DNA from: a virus
Length of the DNA stretch: 64,000 nucleotides
Virus record (IMG/VR): IMGVR_UViG_3300045988_174509
Direction: 5' to 3' (one strand)
Shown here: in pieces, positions 28,644 through 35,483 of the stretch
How the letters are laid out: each line of letters starts with the position of its first letter
Numbering within the stretch: the stretch's first letter is position 1
Notes under the pieces: generated by a model
Database searches by the model: none
Seen by the model: only the letters and a program-made list of their open reading frames with translations
What the model was told of the DNA's origin: nothing
Made by a program: the position numbers and the translations under genes

Positions 28644-28905
28644 GTTGAGATTCTAAAGGGGTTAAGCACACGTGGATATGCCGGGCGGTTCCCGGGGCTT
28701 TGAGCTCCAGCTCAAAGCCCCCTGCCAGTAGCTTGCGGTTTGCTTTCCGCAAGTCGGCAAGAAGGAACCTGCTGTTTTCTACCAGGATTTTTCTTCTCCC
28801 ATCAGAAAAAATTTCAATGGCCCCCATGGTGTGATGCGCCTGAAAGAATTCGTTTAGGATTTCTTTCACTTCCTGTTCTGTCAGTTTATTTGAATGGTAA
28901 AGCAT
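28630..28905 (-). CDS. hypothetical protein
   Basis: 91-aa ORF, ATG start. Confidence 0.35.
   Translation of the reverse strand: MLYHSNKLTEQEVKEILNEFFQAHHTMGAIEIFSDGRRKILVENSRFLLADLRKANRKLLAGGFELELKAPGTARHIHVCLTPLESQHETA
28645..28659 (-). promoter_or_regulatory. conserved leftward motif instance (CCTTTAGAATCTCAA-C-ATG)
   Basis: It abuts the ATG of 28245..28643. Confidence 0.45.
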
Positions 28906-29240
28906 GACTCTTTGATCATCTGTAGGGTTGGAATAATTTACAGGGGCTCATAGTGGTCCCTAAAATAGAACCGCCTGCCCTGAAAGAATCATTCAAAAGA
29001 TTATCCATGATCTGCTGGCTCTTGATAAAATTGATATGACTCCTTATCAACTTTTGGGACTCCATTGAAAGGATTCTTGAGCGTAGAATGTGGAAGTTCC
29101 CGGCTTAAATGGGTTTTTGGTATTCATGATTATGATTTCTTTCTATTTAGTATTGGTTAGCGCGGCGATCTTGCCGCATGTCTTCACTGTAGTAAACTGA
29201 TCTGTTTTTACAAGATATTTTTCAAAAAAATTTTCTTACG

Positions 29241-29255
29241 TTGAGCTTCTATAAG
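29241..29255 (-). promoter_or_regulatory. conserved leftward motif instance (CTTATAGAAGCTCAA)
   Basis: It lies 10 nt after the stop of 29266..30252, and begins a ~330 nt stretch containing only very small ORFs. Confidence 0.35.
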
Positions 29256-29265
29256 TTATGCAATT

Positions 29266-30252
29266 CTATTTCATGTAGAATTTGAATTTTGTCTCACCCT
29301 TTTCAGAATCTTCCGTCACTCGGATGCGCTTCAGAAGGAACGGGAAAACTTCGTTGCACTTGGCTTCCACCTTGTCGAGAATTTCCGTTGGAACTTCAGG
29401 CATTTCAGGACTGGGAGATTTCCAGACAAGATAGCCGTAATATTGTGTGAAGGGAACAAAGGAAGCACTTGCTCCAACTTCCTTTCCGAGCTCCTCGAAT
29501 ATTGCATTCACGTCCTGACTAAGCACAGAATAAAATTCCTGCATTTTTTCAAGGGCGTCATCCAAGCAAAGATTCTCTACTTTATGGAACACGTACTGGG
29601 AAAGGTTCCCCTTCTCATTTACCACAAGATTTTTATTCAGGGATCGCCACACACACACCTTATATTTTCCCGGTGCACTGTCTTCCATGTGCTGAACCGT
29701 AAGGAAGAAGGGAGCGGAAGGAATCCTGATTGCCAAGTCACTTTCCAGAATCCGGGAAGCATGAAGCCTTTCAATGGGAATCCGGGGAACAGAAGTCAGG
29801 GGACCAAGGGAGAGAACAATAGAAAGGTTCCGTTTATAATTGTTAAACTTCTCTCTTGGAGAATTTTCTTGGTAGAACTCTTCTATTTTTTCAATCTCTC
29901 CTTCCCGGGAGAAGAACGCAAGCACTCTTTCATGGTCATTTGTTATTTGAGCATGCGCCTTGCGTGTCTCGAGAGTTGGATTGAAACAATGCGATTCAAC
30001 CCATACCGAATATTCTCTTGGCTTTTTTAGCCGGAGAATGAGACGGATAGCTCTTTCATTAGGTTCAAACAAGCCATAGTAGCGAAGTGACAAGGTTTTC
30101 ATTTCTCCTTCCCGCGGATTTTTCCGCTTAAAGGTGACGCGGAACAACTTTCTAGGATTGGCTTCAGGGATTCCATAAGGCTTTACGCCGTTCTTCTCCC
30201 ATTTAACGCTGAAAGAAATATCCATGCCTTCGAGTAATGATTCAGTTTCCAT
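29266..30252 (-). CDS. hypothetical protein
   Basis: 328-aa ORF, ATG start. Confidence 0.45.
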   Translation of the reverse strand: METESLLEGMDISFSVKWEKNGVKPYGIPEANPRKLFRVTFKRKNPREGEMKTLSLRYYGLFEPNERAIRLILRLKKPREYSVWVESHCFNPTLETRKAHAQITNDHERVLAFFSREGEIEKIEEFYQENSPREKFNNYKRNLSIVLSLGPLTSVPRIPIERLHASRILESDLAIRIPSAPFFLTVQHMEDSAPGKYKVCVWRSLNKNLVVNEKGNLSQYVFHKVENLCLDDALEKMQEFYSVLSQDVNAIFEELGKEVGASASFVPFTQYYGYLVWKSPSPEMPEVPTEILDKVEAKCNEVFPFLLKRIRVTEDSEKGETKFKFYMK

Positions 30253-30292
30253 ATTATTTTTAGGTTCTATATATTAGAGGTTCTTTTATTTA

Positions 30293-30742
30293 TTAGCGTT
30301 CTTCTCTTTCAGTTTTGATCTTTATGCTACCTTCGGAAGGAATTTTAGCGATTCTAAACGCAAAATAATAGCCTTTATCCGCATCATGGTAAGAAAAGTA
30401 ATCCTCCAAGCTACTGGTGAAGACCTTTTCCATATTCTCCGTATGTAGCAGGGGGAGAATGCCCTCTCCTATATAAAACTGAAGAGATTGAACGCCTGCC
30501 ATTAAATCCGTTTCAGCTATCACCTGATCTTCAATCACTTTCCCGGTTCGTTCTTCAACAATTTTCCTTAAATTGCATTCAAGAAGATAGCCAAACCATT
30601 CCAAAGGATCAGTAAAATATTCATCCGTAGCCGTTTCATTGGCAAGCTTCAAGCAATAATCTCTTACATGCTCCGATTTGCTTTGCCTTGCCATGTCAAT
30701 CAGCTTCCTAATGGCGGCAAGCCTGTATTCATTTATGTTCAT
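30293..30742 (-). CDS. hypothetical protein
   Basis: 149-aa ORF with ATG start. It is preceded by the conserved leader and a 24-bp perfect palindrome. Confidence 0.4.
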   Translation of the reverse strand: MNINEYRLAAIRKLIDMARQSKSEHVRDYCLKLANETATDEYFTDPLEWFGYLLECNLRKIVEERTGKVIEDQVIAETDLMAGVQSLQFYIGEGILPLLHTENMEKVFTSSLEDYFSYHDADKGYYFAFRIAKIPSEGSIKIKTEREER

Positions 30743-30778
30743 TATATTTAGTCCCTTTCTACTTGTTTTTTGATTCCG

Positions 30779-30802
30779 GCGGGCAGGAAATTTCCTGCCC
30801 GC
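30779..30802. promoter_or_regulatory. 24-bp perfect palindrome GCGGGCAGGAAATTTCCTGCCCGC in 5' region of 30293..30742
   Basis: Seen directly in the sequence. It is flanked (minus sense) by the conserved leader ATCAAAAAACAAGTAGAAAG. Confidence 0.5.
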
Positions 30803-30804
30803 AT

Positions 30805-30819
30805 AGAGATTCTAAAAGG
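30805..30819 (-). promoter_or_regulatory. conserved leftward motif instance (CCTTTTAGAATCTCT)
   Basis: Immediately followed (minus sense) by the 24-bp palindrome 30779-30802, then the conserved leader and the ATG at 30742. Confidence 0.4.
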
Positions 30820-30856
30820 AAATGCGTGAGAAAATGCACTGAACTTAAAAACTCCT

Positions 30857-31036
30857 TCACAAAAGGCGGGCGTTATGCTCTACATACCATTCGGCAGGAT
30901 AAAGGTCCACACCTCCCCTGACTCCCGGATTCTGTGACTCCCGGAATCCCTGAAGCAGGGATACAAACATTTCTGGATCACTCATTTCGTGAGTCAATAC
31001 GGCGGGCGCGGCTTTTTCTTCTATACTAGTGTTCAT
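30857..31036 (-). CDS. hypothetical small protein
   Basis: The track ORF runs to 31081. The internal ATG 31036 reproduces the leader architecture (GTAGAAAG-N12-ATG) seen upstream of 30293..30742. Confidence 0.3.
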   Translation of the reverse strand: MNTSIEEKAAPAVLTHEMSDPEMFVSLLQGFRESQNPGVRGGVDLYPAEWYVEHNARLL

Positions 31037-31073
31037 TTTATGTCTTCTTTCTACTTGTTTTTTGTTTTTTGAT

Positions 31074-31089
31074 CCGCCCATGGGGGCGG
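31074..31089. promoter_or_regulatory. GC hairpin CCGCCC-ATGG-GGGCGG with the same conserved downstream leader
   Basis: Second copy of the hairpin plus (A)TCAAAAAACAAGTAGAAAG module, upstream of ATG 31036. Confidence 0.45.
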
Positions 31090-31160
31090 GGGCATGAATT
31101 TAGATTAGCTTAGTGATTGTATTGTACAATAAAAATAGTAAAGATTTTTGTCATACACGT

Positions 31161-31622
31161 TTACAAGTCATCGAACATGGCGGAAAGGCAGGCGTAATTC
31201 CTTGAGGGATAAAGGCATTCAAACCCTTGCAAGGGGTAGGTGATTTTGATTCCTTTGCAATATATGTTTGCACTGCACGACGGAATGTTCAGCATGCGCA
31301 ACTCCGAAAGAACGGAATTTTTAGCTTGCCTTGCGGCCATTTGCAAGGATGAATCTGAAAAACTGAAAGGGAACTCCCTGATAAATGACGTTTTGTATCC
31401 GGAGTTCTCCAATTCAATGATGATCACCAGCCGGAATTGCGCGCCTTTGGCGTCATGATACTCTAGCGGAAGAAACTCCCGGCAATTTTGTGTCATGTTC
31501 CACACGTCCAATGCTCCTCTATTCATAAGACTTTGAATCACGGAGGAAGGGGAACAGGAAGCAGGGAAAGACTTGGAACGGTGCTTTTCCTTTGTAATGT
31601 ATGCGTATTCAATAAGTTCCAT
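31161..31622 (-). CDS. hypothetical protein
   Basis: The track start is TTG 31643. The ATG at 31622 is directly abutted by the conserved motif. Confidence 0.4.
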   Translation of the reverse strand: MELIEYAYITKEKHRSKSFPASCSPSSVIQSLMNRGALDVWNMTQNCREFLPLEYHDAKGAQFRLVIIIELENSGYKTSFIREFPFSFSDSSLQMAARQAKNSVLSELRMLNIPSCSANIYCKGIKITYPLQGFECLYPSRNYACLSAMFDDL

Positions 31623-31625
31623 ATA

Positions 31626-31640
31626 TTGAGATTCTATAAT
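31626..31640 (-). promoter_or_regulatory. conserved leftward motif instance (ATTATAGAATCTCAA-TAT-ATG)
   Basis: It abuts ATG 31622 of 31161..31622. Confidence 0.45.
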
Positions 31641-32935
31641 CAAGATTGTTTCTTTGTAGACCGCCCCCTTGTATCAAACGCCGGGATATTTAATTTTCTC
31701 CTTGCTTTTCCGATAACTTGTATTGATTTGCCTGTTTTATTAGCGACTTCTTTATCAGTCATTGTGCCCAGCAGGGATTTAATGTATTCGTCCCCTTCTA
31801 TTGTTTCTTGCAAGCTTTTTTCCTCACGTAATGCCGGAACATTCAATTTCTGTCTAATTCTTCTTACTGCCTCGTCATCAATATTAAATTTTTCGGCTAT
31901 TACTCTATCATAAACTTTCCCAAGCATAGATAAGAGTTTTTTACGTTGGTCCGGTGAAAATCTTTCTAAAATGCTTTTACTGAAAGGCTTAATTTTGTTC
32001 TGTTCTCTAAATTTTTTAATTACATATACGCTGTACCCTGTTTTTTTTGCAATTTTTAAATCTGATACTCTTCCCAATAAATTAAGAATTATATCCTTGT
32101 CCGCATCCTTAATGGGAGCTGGAGCAATTTTTAATTTTCTACGGTTCCGCGCTACAACATTAAGCGATATTCCAAGCCTTTCAGCAATTTCGCTATCAGG
32201 AATTTTCCCAAGCATGGATAGCATTTCTTCGCGTTTCTCTTCGGGGATTTTAGTATCAGATAATGATAGAATGCCCATCTTTTTTCTAATAAGCGCAATT
32301 CCTGCCTTGGAATAACCGAATTTTTTAGCAATTTCATCATCCGGGGTCTTTCCAAGCATGTTAATTAACTCTTCGGGATACTCTTTTTTCTTGTGTGGTT
32401 TATTTGGGTCTCGTGGCTGACGGGGTTTACGCGGCCCCCTATATGACTTAATCCCTAATTTCTTTCTAAGGTAGGCTACTCTGGAATTTGAGTATCCAAA
32501 CTTCTTGGCACACTCCGAGTCAGGAATTTTTCCGAGCACTGCAATAAGCTCTTCATCGTGTTGGATGCGGATTGCTTCAGGGCTGCAATACTTTTTGATA
32601 CCTAATTTATAGCGTTCAGTCTGGACCGTGACGCGCGCTATTCCGAGTAGCTCGGCGATTTCCAGGTCAGGTTTTTTGCCCAACATGGACCGCATTTCTT
32701 CACGCTGTTCGTGAGAAAGAATGCGGTGAAACCTCTTTTCTCGGTATTTTTCATGCAATAACTCCATGAGCAATTGCATGTATTCAGGCGTGGGATGTGG
32801 TTTTTTAGTATTTAGCCACTTCCAAACAGCATCTTCCGTCACCCGCATCATCTGCGCGGCCCTTTTTACAGCTTGGGTAGGACTTGGGAGATTGTTGGCC
32901 GTTTGAAGCCAGTCGATAAATTCTTGTGCGGTCAT
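31640..32935 (-). CDS. tandem helix-turn-helix repeat DNA-binding protein (8 sigma-70 region 4/LuxR-like HTH modules)
   Basis: 431 aa. About 8 repeats of ~36-40 aa fit the pattern LxxLGKxPDxEIAxKxGxSxxxVxxxRxKLGI. Confidence 0.55.
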   Translation of the reverse strand: MTAQEFIDWLQTANNLPSPTQAVKRAAQMMRVTEDAVWKWLNTKKPHPTPEYMQLLMELLHEKYREKRFHRILSHEQREEMRSMLGKKPDLEIAELLGIARVTVQTERYKLGIKKYCSPEAIRIQHDEELIAVLGKIPDSECAKKFGYSNSRVAYLRKKLGIKSYRGPRKPRQPRDPNKPHKKKEYPEELINMLGKTPDDEIAKKFGYSKAGIALIRKKMGILSLSDTKIPEEKREEMLSMLGKIPDSEIAERLGISLNVVARNRRKLKIAPAPIKDADKDIILNLLGRVSDLKIAKKTGYSVYVIKKFREQNKIKPFSKSILERFSPDQRKKLLSMLGKVYDRVIAEKFNIDDEAVRRIRQKLNVPALREEKSLQETIEGDEYIKSLLGTMTDKEVANKTGKSIQVIGKARRKLNIPAFDTRGRSTKKQS

Positions 32936-32947
32936 GGTGAGAAAGGA

Positions 32948-32966
32948 GGGGCGGCAATGCCGCCCC
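32948..32966. promoter_or_regulatory. GC-rich 9-bp stem/3-nt loop hairpin between the acidic gene and the multi-HTH gene
   Basis: ggggcggca-atg-ccgcccc, 12 nt upstream of ATG 32935 on the minus strand. Confidence 0.4.
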
Positions 32967-32976
32967 TGGGGGTTAT

Positions 32977-33303
32977 TTAGTGAGCTTCAACGCGGGAAGC
33001 GTCCTGCGTCCAGTTGAGGTTTTCTCCTTCAATTTCTTCGCCCGTCATTTGTTCAAAGACCATGTAGATTTCAACCTTGTTCCCTTCTGCATCATAGCCG
33101 GGAGCAGACCATTCTTCCATATAACTGCCGTCTTCGTATTTGTCCGCATAGGAGCCAGGGAAAACCCTGTTGGTGTATTCCATCTGGCGCGCTGCATAGT
33201 AGGTCTTGCCTTCGAACTTGTAGCTGCCAAATTCACGTTCAAGAGCGGTCAGGTTGATTTCTTCTCCGTCTTCCGTGGTGATGATTTTGTTATCGTTCAT
33301 CAT
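32977..33303 (-). CDS. highly acidic small protein (first gene of leftward block)
   Basis: 108 aa with ~24 Asp/Glu against ~9 Lys/Arg. It is the first ORF after the origin-like region. Confidence 0.4.
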   Translation of the reverse strand: MMNDNKIITTEDGEEINLTALEREFGSYKFEGKTYYAARQMEYTNRVFPGSYADKYEDGSYMEEWSAPGYDAEGNKVEIYMVFEQMTGEEIEGENLNWTQDASRVEAH

Positions 33304-33339
33304 TTTTGTAATTCCTTTCTTTCAGGTTTTATTCTTGGC

Positions 33340-33356
33340 AGGGCGTTGCGCCCTTG
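33340..33356. promoter_or_regulatory. 6-bp stem/3-nt loop hairpin AGGGCG-TTG-CGCCCT upstream of first leftward gene
   Basis: It lies ~40 nt upstream of ATG 33303 and is followed (minus sense) by GAAAGAAAGG-N13-ATG. Confidence 0.35.
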
Positions 33357-34377
33357 CATGATTTTTTGATAGCATTACGGAGGGTTCCGTTCAACCGATT
33401 TTTTGCAGGGAGCCGGCAAGTGATTTAAAATGAAAGGATTATAATTGTGTCATACAAGGTGTAAAAAAGTGTGAAAAGGTGCTTGCAATGTAAAAATCCG
33501 GCATTTGCGGCACAAAAATCCAGCGTCAAAATCAGGCATGGGGGAGTATCGTAAAAAGTACAATAAGCCATGAAGCCGGGAAACCCGGGTTCCGGGTTCC
33601 GGGTTTGGAGGATTAGGCAATAATTGAGGCAGGTGCAAAAGCAGGAATGATTCATAAAATTTTATGGCTGGTGTCCCATATTTGAGCCGGATTCCATAAA
33701 ATTTTATGGAACTTTGGACAGTTTCAGGGTGTCAGGTATAAAATTTTGTAAAAGCAGGGAGAGGCGGGTGCAGGGCGTCAGGGTAACTTAGAATCAGGGA
33801 GTCAGGGGATCAGTTTGGAGGATTAGGCAAGAATTTGAGAAGAAAGGAAGGCCCTTCTTTTCTTCTCATATCATCAACGTATCATGATATGTTGATATGT
33901 TATGATTCACAAGCAAGCCCGCAATTTATACAGGCGTATAAATATGCACCCCTGAACCCCTGATTCCGCCCTTCCCTGCACCCCGCTTCACACGTCAAAA
34001 AATACAATAACCCCCCTATTTCCGGCTATGGAAAAATTCAAACGTAACATAATGGATTGAATCTTAACGTCTAGCACGTTCATACTTCGCATAATATGTG
34101 TAATGCAAAATCGGAAGCACGATTCAGGCATAACAAGAAAATACATAAGAAGTTATGAAGGAAATTACCCTGAAATTGGAAGCCGATTTCCGCCATACGG
34201 GAGGTTTACAGGGCCAGGGGTTCAAGGTTAGAGTGGCTCAAAGGTTCAGGGTTCGAGCAACTCTAACCCGGAATCAGGAAACATACCACCACGGTTGAGG
34301 GGGCTCACGGGTTCAGCGAGTGGAGGTATAAATCTTTGGGTCGGGAATGCCCTGGAGGAACCATTTTTGGAGAAAGG

Positions 34378-34510
34378 GGGATGTATGGACCTAGAAGGCG
34401 GGTTTACCCCCAGTTGGGTACTCTGTACCGGACCTACCCCAAAACACAGTTTTAGGCGACCACCCTACATGAAAAAACCGTATTCTGGCATGAGCATGGT
34501 TCCCAGGCAT
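34378..34510. repeat. ~130-bp direct repeat, copy 1
   Basis: The last ~85 bp are near-identical to 34666-34750. Each copy contains AAAACaCAGTTTT and begins with ATGGACCTAGAAGGCGGGTTTACCC. Confidence 0.6.
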
Positions 34511-34617
34511 GCGTAAAGGGCGGATACCACCACGGGGGAAGGGGTGGAACTTGGGAACCGGAAAGGGCGGGATCAGGGGTTCAGGGGGTCGGAAAAAATC
34601 GGTGAAAACGGAAAAAT

Positions 34618-34750
34618 GGGAGGTATGGACCTAGAAGGCGGGTTTACCCTCTTTCCGCTACAGAGTACTGGACCGACCCCAAAACGCAGTTTTAGGCGAC
34701 CACCCTACATGAAAAAACCGTATTCTGGCATGAGCATGGTTCCCAGGCAT
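34618..34750. repeat. ~130-bp direct repeat, copy 2
   Basis: As copy 1. The middle ~30 bp segment is replaced while the flanks are identical. Confidence 0.6.
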
Positions 34751-34839
34751 CCTCGCGTGCGCATGCGCGTAGGCATGGGCATGGGCTGGCAGGGGTCGGC
34801 ATACATGTCGGAAGAAAGGTCGGAAAAAGGGTCGGCATG

Positions 34840-34930
34840 AGCGGGGCTCGCCTACGCATACGCGTACGTACGCGCACATGGCCCGCGTCACCCGCGCATG
34901 TGTGGGCATGTGCAGGCGTATGCGCTCGCC
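34840..34930. repeat. GC-rich alternating purine/pyrimidine tract (CGCATACGCGTACGTACGCGCACATG...)
   Basis: Seen directly in the sequence: CG/CA/TG dinucleotide alternation with imperfect inverted repeats. It immediately precedes the AT-rich block. Confidence 0.5.
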
Positions 34931-34959
34931 CGCCTCAGCGCGCCCAGGAAACTTTTATA

Positions 34960-35050
34960 ATTCAATATTATAATAAAACCCATATATATATATATAGTAT
35001 TTTTTAACTTTTTTATTTTTAGGGTTCTTGTATTGATTTTTAACGAGTTA
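34960..35050. repeat. AT-rich block with (AT)7 at 34982-34996 (DNA-unwinding-element-like)
   Basis: Seen directly in the sequence. Confidence 0.5.
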
Positions 35051-35152
35051 TGAAGACGGATTTTGTGAAGTGAAAAGTCAGAGCCCCTTTTCACATGCCT
35101 TGACAAAAATGGAAATATGTATGAATTTGGTCTTTTTTATACTTTAGAAATT

Positions 35153-35168
35153 AGAATGATTCTAAAAA
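35153..35168 (-). promoter_or_regulatory. degenerate motif instance (GTTTTTAGAATCATTC) pointing leftward into the origin-like region
   Basis: No convincing downstream ORF. It would direct transcription into the AT-rich/(AT)7 tract. Confidence 0.25.
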
Positions 35169-35187
35169 CTTTTACATACTTTTTTTA

Positions 35188-35324
35188 TCGACATTTTTAC
35201 GACATTTTTACGACGTTTTTTTGACCCCATTTTTGACCCCATTTTTGACCCCATTTTTGACCCCATTTTTGACCCCATTTTTGACCCCATTTTTGACCCC
35301 ATTTTTGACCCCATTTTTGACCCC
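35188..35324. repeat. phased A/T-tract tandem repeats: CGACATTTTTA x3 (11 bp) then TTGACCCCATTT x8.7 (12 bp)
   Basis: Perfect copies counted in sequence from 35221. The antisense 82-aa MGSK-repeat ORF is an artefact of this array. Confidence 0.7.
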
Positions 35325-35388
35325 CTGAATCCGTGATTCCGCCCTCCCGTTCCACCTCCATTTTTGACCCCCTGAATCCGTGATTCCG
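35314..35388. repeat. direct repeat TTTGACCCCCTGAATCCGTGATTCCG x2
   Basis: Two copies ~48 bp apart, just upstream of the primase-helicase start. Confidence 0.5.
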
Positions 35389-35483
35389 GATACCTCCGGA
35401 CCCCCGTCACCGGAAACCCCTTTTTATTTTTCTCTTGACAGGATTTCCGTCCGGATTATCCTGGCTCCACATTAATACATCCC

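Larger units (their letters stand above)
33304..35483. other. non-coding divergent control region with origin-of-replication-like architecture
   Basis: 2.2 kb with no credible ORF. It contains iterons, direct repeats, a GC-rich tract, an AT-rich tract, and phased A-tract arrays. It is flanked by divergent gene blocks and lies adjacent to the primase-helicase gene. Confidence 0.5.

Noticed and set aside
34295-34840. Track ORFs 34295..34516 and 34544..34840 (+) as real protein genes.
   Set aside because: They arise from the ~130-bp direct repeat and run through GC-rich/iteron DNA. They are kept only as a low-probability micro-ORF note in the findings.
35188-35324. Possible CRISPR array.
   Set aside because: The repeats are only 11-12 bp, contiguous, and have no spacers. 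No cas genes are in the window.
35162-35410. 82-aa - strand ORF with MGSKMGSK... repeats.
   Set aside because: It is produced by translating the 12-bp TTGACCCCATTT tandem array in the non-coding origin-like region. It has no start context and sits inside a region full of DNA-level repeats.
33304-35483. tRNA or tmRNA genes in the long non-coding region.
   Set aside because: I scanned by eye for GGTTCGAnTCC-type T-loops with an acceptor-stem complement and found none convincing. GGTTCAGGG/GGTTCGAGC occurrences are iteron-like repeats without a cloverleaf context. tRNAscan-SE should be run on the sequence to confirm.
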